NCBI GenBank assembly: GCA_963790205.1
Contig: CAWBNQ010000014.1
Location: forward strand, 305,415 to 369,414
Direction: 5' to 3'
DNA from: Nitrospirota bacterium
GTDB taxonomy: Bacteria > Nitrospirota > UBA9217
DNA length: 64,000 nucleotides
Part shown: positions 49,928 to 59,339 of the stretch, in pieces
Position numbering within the stretch: position 1 is the stretch's first letter
Layout: each line of letters starts with the position of its first letter
Program-made: the position numbers and the translations under genes
Notes under the pieces: generated by a model
Seen by the model: only the letters and a program-made list of their open reading frames with translations
What the model was told of the DNA's origin: nothing
Databases searched by the model: none

Positions 49928-51150
49928 AAGACCCACCTCCTTTCAGGAAAAACTCTAAACCACCGGCCTCTACAAGCAACAGGCCGGGGGTGTAGAGTTC
50001 CAACAATCCGACTGCGATTCACTCGGCTTTGCAGGACGTGCGTCAAGAAGGAAATGCGGTCGGCATAACAGGGTGTCTTCCCCTGGCATGACGACTGCTC
50101 TTCTTGCACGGCATGAAAAGTCGCAGGCGGGCAGTTGACGTTGTCGCTATCAGAAAAAGACCCTGACCTTTCGAGCAGCTTGCGCTACGCGCTTCGCGCC
50201 CCGCTTCGCGTTCCGGCTTCGCCTTTGGGGAGCCCAGAGAGGGCGGACGGGAGCGCGGCGAAGTCTGCCGATCGAAGGAGGGCGCGAGGTTTGCCGATCC
50301 CTGCAAAACGAGTGACCGATGGAGTGAGGCAGTCTTTGACGCGCGTGGTGCGGGCGGGAGATCGAGCGAGGGCGTGAGCGTTGCCGGTTCGCGCAAGGCG
50401 CATGACCGAGCAAACAAACGGGCTGGTGCCGTAGCGAAGCGGAGGCACGAGCCCGATACCAAGCGGGGTTCATAGGTTTGCTCCTCGGCGGAGGATGCGG
50501 GGAGCCCCTGGGGGCAGACGGGAAGCGAAGAGGCGGAAGGCTGTCGTGGTTGTCTTCCGTTTCTTCGCGGGGATGGGCGGGGGGAATAGCGGAGGGCGCA
50601 CGGATGGGTGGAGGGGGTGCCGCACAGCGCGAAAGCCGAGACGCACAGAGTACGCCGGACAAGCCGCGCATGCGACGCTGAGCTCCACCCCGCGCCGCGC
50701 GTTTACGGCGTCATGCGATAGCCGAGGGAGGTCGGGGGCCACAAAGCTCGCTTGCGCATTGCGGCAAACCCGGAACCCACCGGGCGTAACCGGAGCGGGG
50801 TATTGCAGTGGGATGTTGCTGTTGTAGTAGATGTTGGTGGTATTGTAGTTGAATTGACAGGTATATAGCCTTATTTATGCAAGGCTATATAGTGTTCTGG
50901 ATCTGCTTCGTTGTAAAGTTCCAGAAAATAACCGGGGTCCCCTTCTCGCCCTTCCTTACCTGTCCGCCTCGCTCGGCGGCCTGTTTATAGGTGAGCCAGT
51001 ACGGCGAGGCATACCCCTGCATCGCGGTCAAGAGAATGTTGAGCCCGCGATATGGCTTCCCGGTGATGAGGTTTCGCGGTGCGCCGCCGCACTTCCAGGG
51101 CTTGCGCCACGAGATGGTGCCTCGTCGAGTGCTGCAAGAATACGGTCGGT

Positions 51151-52526
51151 CATTGCTGTCCAAGATAATCTAATTTCCTGATCCACACCCCGCCAATCAA
51201 TGCTTTTAGACAGACAAATCCATCATCTCGGATTCAGGTTCCTTATTCTGCTGTCCAATTACCGATAACTCATTACCAGTTGCTCCGCAAATGGCACAAT
51301 AGGCGGCGTTTCAAATGGATTATCCAACCATGTCCATAAATCCCTATAGGTGAAGAGATTATAACGAAGCATGGCAACCAGATTCGACAACGACCATCCG
51401 AGTGTGGATCGGAACTTCAAGTACTTCAACACCAGGATAGCGATTAATGCTGTCCAAATCTGTACCAATAAAGCGTTCCGACTCGTCCCAACGAATGTTT
51501 TGATCTTCAGATTCTGCTTGATCGTCTTGAAAAATACCTCAATCTGCCAGCGGTCCTTGTAAATGCTCGCTATGGTCGTCGCGCCAAAGGTGAGATGGTT
51601 CGTCCACAGAACGATAATACGTTCATTTTCTGCGTCCCAGACCTCTACCCGTCGCAACGTATGCGGGCACTTCTTGATCGATTCGTAGCCCGTCAGCTCA
51701 ATGAGCTGGTCTTTGATGATGTTCCGATTCTCGGGCACCTCTCGTCTTTCGATGATCCGGAAGGCGGCATTATCCTTCTCTTTCGTTACGAAGAATATCC
51801 CGGTCTCCGTCCAGCGTGCGAATTGTTCATAATCGACATATCCGCGGTCAATCGCCAAAATGGAACCCTTGGGGAACTTCAGCGTGTGCGCGATGTTTAC
51901 TTCGTGCACATTCCCTTCAGTCATCGTAGCGAAAACCGGAAGATATCCCTCATGATCCAATAACAGGTGAAGCTTGACCGCTCCTTTTGTCTGCCGGTAT
52001 TTTGCCCAGTCAAACAGGGTCACACAGAGTTCGATCAGTGTCGCATCGAGGCTGAACAGCTTGTTCTTAAACCGGAACGGCTTCTTTCCGTGCGCCAGGA
52101 CTCGGCACTTTGCCAACAACTGATAAAAAACCTTCTGATACAATTGCCATGGCCGATGCGCGTTGGCATACGCCAAGGTGGAACGCTTGGGAGCAGCATC
52201 TATCCCGAGATGTTTGAGCTTGCCGAAGCAGGTAGCCAATCCGCCGCAGATCTCTCGAAGCGAATGCGCTTGTCCCAGCTGACAGAATAGCATGGCCACG
52301 AACTGGCCCCAGCAACCAAATCCTTTTACGCCTTTCTCTGCCTGTGTCTCCCGCACCGCACGATAAAACTCCTGGTGCGAAAATATCTGTAGAATCTGTC
52401 CGAAGATACTGCTAAACTTGTTCACGGGGATGTCCTCCTTCAGTAAAGTTAGGTCCTCGACAAACCTACTATACCTGAAGTGAGGCTTCCCCTTCAATTA
52501 TTCAAAATCTATTTTGGACAGATGTG
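51151..52526 (-). mobile_element. IS4-family insertion sequence
   Basis: Ends CATTGCTGTCCAAGATA / TATTTTGGACAGATGTG; 9-bp TSD ACGGTCGGT at 51142-51150 and 52527-52535. Confidence 0.92.
51259..52425 (-). CDS. IS4-family transposase (DUF4372-type N-terminus)
   Basis: SLREI, LDATLI, AVKLH, DRGY, YKDRWQIEVFFKTIKQNL. Confidence 0.93.
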   Translation of the reverse strand: MNKFSSIFGQILQIFSHQEFYRAVRETQAEKGVKGFGCWGQFVAMLFCQLGQAHSLREICGGLATCFGKLKHLGIDAAPKRSTLAYANAHRPWQLYQKVFYQLLAKCRVLAHGKKPFRFKNKLFSLDATLIELCVTLFDWAKYRQTKGAVKLHLLLDHEGYLPVFATMTEGNVHEVNIAHTLKFPKGSILAIDRGYVDYEQFARWTETGIFFVTKEKDNAAFRIIERREVPENRNIIKDQLIELTGYESIKKCPHTLRRVEVWDAENERIIVLWTNHLTFGATTIASIYKDRWQIEVFFKTIKQNLKIKTFVGTSRNALLVQIWTALIAILVLKYLKFRSTLGWSLSNLVAMLRYNLFTYRDLWTWLDNPFETPPIVPFAEQLVMSYR

Positions 52527-52591
52527 ACGGTCGGTGATGATTTCATAGACTTTCATGCCTTTGTTCCTCCCGCTGTTATTTTCCATAATGA

Positions 52592-53014
52592 TTACCCCTT
52601 CCTTATCATTCCGTTGTCGCAAAAGCTGAAATACTTTCCCTCGCCGCCTATAATCACGTGATCGAGCACATTGATGCCGAGGATTTCTCCAGCTTGACAG
52701 AGCCGCTTCGTTAAAAGAATGTCCTCCTGGCTTGGCTGCGTATCTCCTGAAGGATGATTGTGGCCCACTATGAGATTAGCTGTTGCTTTGATCACTGCAA
52801 GCCGGAACGTTTCTCTTGGATGAACGATTGCGGCTGACAGGCTGCCGAGGGAAACAAGGTCGGCGTACTGAATGACATTTTTCGTGTTGAGACCGAGTAT
52901 CCAGAAGTGCTCCTTTTCTCTGTCGTGCTCCTGTTCAAAATTAAGCAGGGAAAACAACACTTCCGACACATCCTTCGAGCCGCTTACCGTCTTTTTCTTT
53001 TCGCTGACGATCAT
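52592..53014 (-). CDS. radC: RadC-like JAB/MPN domain protein (short form)
   Basis: EKEHF, VHPRETF, HNHPSGD..PSQED, VLDHVII. Confidence 0.9.
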   Translation of the reverse strand: MIVSEKKKTVSGSKDVSEVLFSLLNFEQEHDREKEHFWILGLNTKNVIQYADLVSLGSLSAAIVHPRETFRLAVIKATANLIVGHNHPSGDTQPSQEDILLTKRLCQAGEILGINVLDHVIIGGEGKYFSFCDNGMIRKG

Positions 53015-53733
53015 TCTCCTGTTCCTCCCTCTTAAAACCAGAGTTACCCTCCCTCCGGGGGGCCTTCACAAAAACCAGGCCCCCCGAGGGTGGAGAAGAA
53101 CATTCCGCGATAAATCACATGGCTTTTGCGGGCCGTTAAGAATCCTTGAAGCATCAGGCATGACAGAGCGAAGCGATGGCGGGACGGATGCGAGGATTCA
53201 GGCACGCAAAAGTTATCGCGGGCTTTTTGGTAGTCGTCTCTAAAGGGAGCCCGGCGAGGGCGGATGGGAGCGCGTCGATGTCTCCCGAGCCGAGCGAGGG
53301 AGTCTTCGACGCGCGGGGGTGGGCGGGAGATGGAGCGAGGGCATAGGCCATGCGCCAATATGCAGGGCCAATGACCGAGCGGACAAACGGCTTGGTGACG
53401 ACGCGAAGCAGAGACACGAAGCCAACCGATGACCTTTGAGGCAATGATGTGTTCACAAGCGACCGACCTGATGGTCCCGTTCTTTGCGATGGCGCAGACG
53501 GATCCGCGGGTTCAGGTCGTGATAGCAAAACCTGGGCTTTGTGATTTTGAGCAAAGGATCTTACAGGTTTGAGTTGCAGTAAGTACTATTGATGTCTGGC
53601 AGGACGAATCAGGATGGGCGGATTACTTCTCGTGACAGAAAAGTTAACTTCGCTCCCCTTGATAATTATTAATAATCCTTCTATAATTTAATCTTCGCAC
53701 CATTATTTTTAAAAACCCTAAAGAGGAGAGCAC

Positions 53734-54022
53734 ATGGCAAAAGCAATGACGAAGACGCAACTGGCAGCTCGAATCGCGGAAAAGAGCAAACATCACGAAG
53801 AAATTGGCCACTGATATCCTGGAGGATATCGCCTCCATCGCCTACAAAGAAGCCAAGAACTCGTTTACCCTGCCCGGTCTGGGGAAACTTGTCCTGGTCC
53901 AGCGAAAGGCACGTATGGGCAGGAATCCCGCGACCGGGGAGTCCATCAAGATTCCGGCAAAGAAGGTTGTCAAATTCCGAGTTGCCAAGGCCGCTAAAGA
54001 CGCGATTCTCGGGAAGAAATAG
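53734..54022 (+). pseudogene. hup: HU DNA-binding protein with a single +1 frameshift
   Basis: MAKAMTKTQLAARIAEKS / NITKKLATDILE..LPGLGK..RKARMGRNPATGESIKIPAKKVVKFR; extra A near 53787. Confidence 0.85.
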
Positions 54023-54050
54023 AATCACGCCACGAAGCACTAAGGCCTAC

Positions 54051-54749
54051 TCAGAGTTGAGCGGGCTTTCTATATATACGCTCAACATCGGTGATCTCGG
54101 GCACCTCTTTATGCTTCCTGAGATGATCTACAAAGCGGTCTGCAAAATCTTCTTCACCGAGTATCGTCTGGCCCCGCACGTCGGTCCAGACGGATTGTTT
54201 GCCGATCCCCCATTTGACGAACTGCCGGTATTCTTGCTCCGCCTTGCCCCGCTTCCCGCTGAATTGGCCCAATACCCAGTCTGTGGTGAGGCACGGATGG
54301 GGCTTTGCTCTGCCCGCCGTAGCCAGGTAGCTGGACCAGCGATACTCCTCCGGCATCTCAACCATCTTGGCCCGCACAGGATTCAGGACCACATACCGGC
54401 AAACCTCAAGGAGATGGCTGTCCTTCTGGATGAGGATGGCTTTGTATCGTCCCTGGAACAGGTGACCGGTCCTGCCATGCCAATTGTTAAAGAGCTGAGT
54501 GTAGACGCCGTTCAGCTGTCTCATGCCGATGGATAGATTGCCATCCGGGGTCTCGATGAGGAGGTGGTAATGGTTGGTCATGAGGCAGTAGGCGTGGCAG
54601 ATCCAGTTGTAGCGTTTGCCGGCATGCTGGAGAGTATTGAGGAAGTTCAAGCGGTCCTGCTCGTCCTTGAAGACGGGCTTCTTTTCGTTCCCGCGGGAGG
54701 TGACATGGTAAACAGCACCGGGATATTCTATGCGAAGGGGATGGGCCAT
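54051..54749 (-). CDS. REP-associated (RAYT-like) HUH/Y1 tyrosine transposase, C-terminal HTH apparently missing
   Basis: YHVTSRGN, AYCLMTNHYHLL, GHLFQGRYKA, RYVVLNPVRA, YRWSSY. Confidence 0.88.
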   Translation of the reverse strand: MAHPLRIEYPGAVYHVTSRGNEKKPVFKDEQDRLNFLNTLQHAGKRYNWICHAYCLMTNHYHLLIETPDGNLSIGMRQLNGVYTQLFNNWHGRTGHLFQGRYKAILIQKDSHLLEVCRYVVLNPVRAKMVEMPEEYRWSSYLATAGRAKPHPCLTTDWVLGQFSGKRGKAEQEYRQFVKWGIGKQSVWTDVRGQTILGEEDFADRFVDHLRKHKEVPEITDVERIYRKPAQL

Positions 54750-54794
54750 AATGTCGCGACGATATCACAACACAACGCAATTGTCAAGTTACAA

Positions 54795-56395
54795 CGGGCT
54801 GTTGCCCAAATGATATTGAGAAAGCCACTCAGTAATGCTATATTGCTGCGACGTCAATCACGACATCAGGAGCCAATAGCCATGATGGGATTGCAGCAAC
54901 CGCCTCAAAGCAGCTTGTTCTATATCGGCATCAATATAGAAAAACGGGTTCGTGAGAACCATCCTTTGAGAAAAGTCAATACGCTGATCGATTTCAACTT
55001 CGCCTATGACGAAGTCAAGGACTTGTACGGCAACAACGGCAACGTTTCAGTGCCACCACCAATTATCCTGAAACTGATGCTACTCCTGATCTTTTATAAT
55101 GTCCGCTCGGAGCGGGAGCTGATGGACACCCTGCCAGAGCGTATGGATTGGCTCTGGTTTCTCGGGTATGACCTTGATTCTGAAATTCCCAACCATAGCG
55201 TGCTATCCAAGGCCCGCAAAAAATGGGGCCTCGATGTTTTTCAAAGGTTCTTCGAACGTATTGTTCTGCAGTGCGCGGAAGCCGGTCTTATTGACGGCCG
55301 CAAGATCTTCGTCGACTCCAGTCTGGTGGATGCAAATGCCTCCAACAGTTCGGTTCTCGATACCCGGAACCTGAAACATCAGTTGCACAAAAATTATAAA
55401 AAGCTGGAAGCCCGCTTGGAAGAACGCACCGAAAGCACTGATCCTTCCAGGACCTACGAAAAAAAGAACAACCGCTATATCTCCACCACCGACCCGGACG
55501 CGGCCCTGGTGAACCGGGGGAAATCCAAACTTTCCTACCAAGTGCATCGGGCCGTTGACGGTAAAAAAGAAATCATCACTGCAACCGACGTAGCGCCCGG
55601 CGATGTGAACGAAGCCCATCTGATGCTTTCGCTGCTTGAGCAACACCACGCAACAACGGAAGTCGAGGCCGAAACGGTTGTTGCGGACAGTAAGTACGGA
55701 ACGATCGACAACTTCCTTGCCTGCCATGACAAGGGCATAAAGGCGCATATCCCGGATTTACGAGACGTGGCGATCAATCGCATAGCGAAAACCGACATCT
55801 TTATGGAAGATAGATTTTCCTATGATCCTGCCACCGACTCCTATATGTGCCCGGCAGGAACTCAGCTCAAGCCGAAGTCGCTGCATATAGCCAGACAAAG
55901 CCGGGATTACGCAGCGCCCAGGAAAGTCTGCGCAGCGTGCCAGCTTAGAGAGCAATGCACGAAAAACAAGTCCGGCCGAACGATCAAGCGTCATCTCCGG
56001 CAGAATGTTCTGGAGCGCATGCGTGCAATCAGTCGATCAGCCAATGCACGGTACGACATCAAAACCAGACAACACCTGATGGAGCGATCCTTTGCCAGGG
56101 GCACCCGATACGGCTTCGATCAAGCACGCTGGCGAGGCCTTTGGCGAATGCGGGTCCAGGAATATATGACCTGTGCCATCCAGAACATGCAAGTGCTAAT
56201 AGCGCATGCTTCCAAGCCGAAGAAAGCAGCTGCGGTACGGCTGCTCGTTGTTCAAAGAACAGTGGCAAAGGCTTTCGGATCGCTCATTTTGCATGTTCCC
56301 TTGAGACAGAACCGATATTGCCCGTCATTAGCTTAGACCTCTTTACGCATCAAGGCGCTTGATCGTTCGCGGGAAGTCCTTTGGGCAACAGCCCG
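54795..56395 (+). mobile_element. IS1182-family insertion sequence
   Basis: Perfect TIRs CGGGCTGTTGCCCAAA / TTTGGGCAACAGCCCG; ACAA TSD. Confidence 0.92.
54882..56336 (+). CDS. IS1182-family transposase
   Basis: HPLRKV, RSERELM, VDSSLVDANAS, STTDPDA, ADSKYG, CPAG..CAACQLREQC, MERSFA. Confidence 0.92.
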   Translation: MMGLQQPPQSSLFYIGINIEKRVRENHPLRKVNTLIDFNFAYDEVKDLYGNNGNVSVPPPIILKLMLLLIFYNVRSERELMDTLPERMDWLWFLGYDLDSEIPNHSVLSKARKKWGLDVFQRFFERIVLQCAEAGLIDGRKIFVDSSLVDANASNSSVLDTRNLKHQLHKNYKKLEARLEERTESTDPSRTYEKKNNRYISTTDPDAALVNRGKSKLSYQVHRAVDGKKEIITATDVAPGDVNEAHLMLSLLEQHHATTEVEAETVVADSKYGTIDNFLACHDKGIKAHIPDLRDVAINRIAKTDIFMEDRFSYDPATDSYMCPAGTQLKPKSLHIARQSRDYAAPRKVCAACQLREQCTKNKSGRTIKRHLRQNVLERMRAISRSANARYDIKTRQHLMERSFARGTRYGFDQARWRGLWRMRVQEYMTCAIQNMQVLIAHASKPKKAAAVRLLVVQRTVAKAFGSLILHVPLRQNRYCPSLA

Positions 56396-56552
56396 ACAAG
56401 ACGTGACCCTATAGGCTATAGGTTCTTGCTGGTAACAGTTTAGCCCTTTTTAGATTTTTTCAAGCATGCGTCCACATTGTTCTTGACAGGTGGGCGTTTT
56501 TTAGGTAGAATGATAGGAGTATAAATACTCATGCAAGAAGGAGGCCACAACC

Positions 56553-56831
56553 ATGAAACGGATCGATCTTTTAAGGAAACAGCAGGCCCGGCTCCGGGAG
56601 GACATTGCGGCGATGCTCGACAGCTTTCTGATCGGCACCGTCGCTAAATCCCCTTCCATGTCCGGGCACAACCTGACAACCAAGGTGGACGGAAAAACCG
56701 TTACGCTCTATGTCAGGAAGGACATTGCGCCGATGGCGACGGAGATGAGTCTGAGATATAAGAAGTTCTGGACGCTGATCCAGAAACTCTCCAAGGTGAA
56801 CTGGGAGATACTCAATTTGGAGAGCAAATAA
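56553..56831 (+). CDS. Small IS-associated protein (DUF6788-like)
   Basis: Strong RBS; FLIGTV..LTTKVDGKTVTLYVR..Y pattern; closely coupled to the transposase. Confidence 0.7.
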   Translation: MKRIDLLRKQQARLREDIAAMLDSFLIGTVAKSPSMSGHNLTTKVDGKTVTLYVRKDIAPMATEMSLRYKKFWTLIQKLSKVNWEILNLESK

Positions 56832-56833
56832 GC

Positions 56834-58378
56834 GTGTCTCATCCCTGGCCGCCGTACGATTATGTCTGCCTCTATGAGCATACCTGCCCCTATCTGGACG
56901 GTTTGTCCACAAAATGGGTTCTGGGTCAGTATCGGCATGCGGATGATGTGTACCATGAGCACCTGCGGATCATCGATAGTTTTCGCGAAGCGGTACAGGA
57001 ACGTGATAGACGAATACGGGGCCTGGAACGGGATCTTGCGGAGGTGCGAGCCAAATATCAGGCACTGCATCGGAAGCAGTTTAAACCGAACAGGACGCAG
57101 GATGGGATGGAAAACGGACAAAAGGCAAGCGGTTCGCCGTCAACCGGTGTGAAACCGAAAAAGCGCGGCGCACCCGTAGGGCATCCCGCATGGATGCGGC
57201 CGGTCCCCTCGCGGATAGATCGGGTTGTCCCGGTGCCCTCGCCGTCGGCCTGTCCTCACTGCGGGTCGCATGACGTGACGCCCGAGGGTACGATCCATGA
57301 GCATATTCAGGAGGACATTGTACTCAAACCGCAAACCGTGGTTACGAAGTATGTGCATGAGGAGGCTTTTTGCCCGCGCTGCAATCGGTCCGTCGTGGCG
57401 GCGGGACCGGATGAAATTCCCAATGCGCCCCTCGGTCCCGTTGCAAAGTCCACTGCCGGGTATTTGCGTTACGAGATCGGCATATCCTATCGGAAGGTCC
57501 AGCGGATATTCGAGGACTTGTTCGGCCTCTTCTGCGTTCCGGCCTCGCTCGTGGGCTTTGACAACAAGGCGGCAAAGCGGGGAGCGGCAATTTATGCGGA
57601 TGTCGGCGATAAAGTCAGAGCTTCGGACGTGGTGCATGCCGACGAAACTTCATGGAGAAATGACGGTAAGGGGCATTACGTATGGTTCGCGGGCAATGAC
57701 GATCTTGCCTTCTTCCATATCGACCGGCATCGGTCCGCGGATACGGCAAAGACTGTCTTCGGGAAGGATTTTGACGGTACGCTCGTGCGCGACCGGTATG
57801 CGGCCTACAACGGCATTGGTCATGACTGGCAAGCGTGTCTGGCGCACATCATCACCAATGCCAAAGCGATCCGCGCGGAGCACGCGCTGTTACCGATTCG
57901 GGAGCAGGACCGCCGCGTCACGATCTTCTGCGATCAGGTCACGGACATCTGTGCCCGTGCCTGCGACATAGGACAGAAACTGAAATCAGGCGAACTCCCC
58001 TGGAACGCTACGGCGCCCATTGAAAAGCGGTTCGTCCGGAAGCTGAACCGCATCTGCGCACGGACGCTCTCCTTCAAACCCGCCGAAACCCTGAGGACAT
58101 TTCTCGTCGGTCCCGAACAGAAGCATCTCTTCACCTTCCTGCGCATTCCCGGTGTCCCTCCCACGAACAATCACGCCGAACAATTCCTGCGTAAGATGGT
58201 GATCTTCAGAAAGATCAGCTTTGGCACCCGATCGGACAACGGTCTTAAGACCCACAGCATCATTCCTACGCTAGTGCAGACTGCCAGACGGCAGGGCGTT
58301 CATCCACGGGATTTTTTGCAAACTCTCCATACCGCCGATACCGCAACGGCACAAGCCGCGCTGTACAATTCCGGTTGA
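56834..58378 (+). CDS. IS66-family transposase (TnpC-like)
   Basis: Coiled coil, KKRGAPVGH, CPHCG..CPRC, HADETSW, DRYAAY, CLAH, PTNNHAEQ.LR..VIFRKISFG. Confidence 0.93.
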   Translation: MSHPWPPYDYVCLYEHTCPYLDGLSTKWVLGQYRHADDVYHEHLRIIDSFREAVQERDRRIRGLERDLAEVRAKYQALHRKQFKPNRTQDGMENGQKASGSPSTGVKPKKRGAPVGHPAWMRPVPSRIDRVVPVPSPSACPHCGSHDVTPEGTIHEHIQEDIVLKPQTVVTKYVHEEAFCPRCNRSVVAAGPDEIPNAPLGPVAKSTAGYLRYEIGISYRKVQRIFEDLFGLFCVPASLVGFDNKAAKRGAAIYADVGDKVRASDVVHADETSWRNDGKGHYVWFAGNDDLAFFHIDRHRSADTAKTVFGKDFDGTLVRDRYAAYNGIGHDWQACLAHIITNAKAIRAEHALLPIREQDRRVTIFCDQVTDICARACDIGQKLKSGELPWNATAPIEKRFVRKLNRICARTLSFKPAETLRTFLVGPEQKHLFTFLRIPGVPPTNNHAEQFLRKMVIFRKISFGTRSDNGLKTHSIIPTLVQTARRQGVHPRDFLQTLHTADTATAQAALYNSG

Positions 58379-58524
58379 AAAGAAACCCAATGGAGAATAC
58401 AATAGCACTATGACAACTTCTGGCTTTCCATTGGCGAGTACGAAGAGCAGATGGACGTGCTGTCCCTTCGGCAGGTCAGTAACGGTGCAAAGTAAAAAGG
58501 GCTAAACTGTTACTCTTGCTGTTC

Positions 58525-58881
58525 ATGAAAAGGACAACTGTCACTGCGAAGGATTTCGGGAAGAGGCTGGCGAGCTTGCGGAAGGAGCTGGGACTGACCC
58601 AGACCGATCTGGGCGAAAGGGTCGGGGTCTCCTGCAGGGTGATCGCCTACTATGAGGGAGAGACGCACTATCCCCCGGCGCACCTGATCGAGCCGCTGGC
58701 GAAAGCGCTCAAGGTGTCAACCGACGAGCTGCTCGGCGTGAAGCTCATCAAGCAGCAGCGCGATCCGCAACACGCGGCCTTGTGGCGGCAGTTAAAAAAG
58801 ATAGAGAGCCTTCCGAAAAGGGACCAGAAGGCTCTCTTGCATTATCTCGATGCGCTGGTACAAAAGAATGTAGCGGGGTGA
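58525..58881 (+). CDS. XRE-family HTH transcriptional regulator
   Basis: FGKRLASLRKELGLTQTDLG..IAYYE..LAKALKVSTDELLG. Confidence 0.9.
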   Translation: MKRTTVTAKDFGKRLASLRKELGLTQTDLGERVGVSCRVIAYYEGETHYPPAHLIEPLAKALKVSTDELLGVKLIKQQRDPQHAALWRQLKKIESLPKRDQKALLHYLDALVQKNVAG

Positions 58882-58889
58882 TCTGCGAT

Positions 58890-59315
58890 TTATTTCTTGA
58901 TAAGCTTCTCTATATTCGCAACCCGTTTGTTGATGTTAATAACTGTCGCGAGAATACTGAGAAGGACAACAACATTAAATATCCATAAAATCATTGGTAA
59001 CAAAGCCCTCCTATCCACTTTTTTTGATAATTGCGAAGGTAAAACCTTAACATTGTGTTCCTTGGCTAAGGCCATAAATCTTTCTGGTATTTCTTCAAAA
59101 GCTCCTGGCACTAAAAATTCATTTGATGGCACGTTATATTCATTAGTATCCATACCAGTTATACCAGCATCCGTGAGATAGATGTCCAACACTTTACCGG
59201 CTTTCATCTTTTCTTCTAATTGCTGACCAGAAATAATCAGTCGGCCCACAGCATGGGATACTCCACAAGTCAAAACTAACTGCATTAGAACTAAAATAAC
59301 CAATTTCCCTCTCAT
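58890..59315 (-). CDS. Candidate immunity protein (signal peptide plus C-terminal TM)
   Basis: AT-rich gene directly downstream of the Rhs C-terminus. Confidence 0.55.
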   Translation of the reverse strand: MRGKLVILVLMQLVLTCGVSHAVGRLIISGQQLEEKMKAGKVLDIYLTDAGITGMDTNEYNVPSNEFLVPGAFEEIPERFMALAKEHNVKVLPSQLSKKVDRRALLPMILWIFNVVVLLSILATVININKRVANIEKLIKK

Positions 59316-59339
59316 GATATATACACGCTCCTTCCCTGC

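Larger units (their letters stand above)
50885..52556 (-). pseudogene. ardC: ArdC-like (DUF1738) antirestriction/ssDNA-binding gene, IS-interrupted, frameshifted and truncated
   Basis: MKVYEIITDR | IS4 | ILAALD..GTISWRKPW..PRNLITGKPYRGLN..WLTYKQA..GGQVRKGEKG. Confidence 0.85.
56432..58513 (+). mobile_element. IS66-family insertion sequence
   Basis: TIRs GTAACAGTTTAGCCCTTTTT / AAAAAGGGCTAAACTGTTAC; 8-bp TSD TCTTGCTG. Confidence 0.93.

Noticed and set aside
50043..50827. Several Pro/Arg-rich ORFs
   Set aside because: GC-rich structured non-coding DNA; no RBS or family motifs
54564..54881. N-terminal extension of the IS1182 transposase ORF
   Set aside because: Extends outside the TIR and is antisense to the Y1 transposase; the real start is 54882
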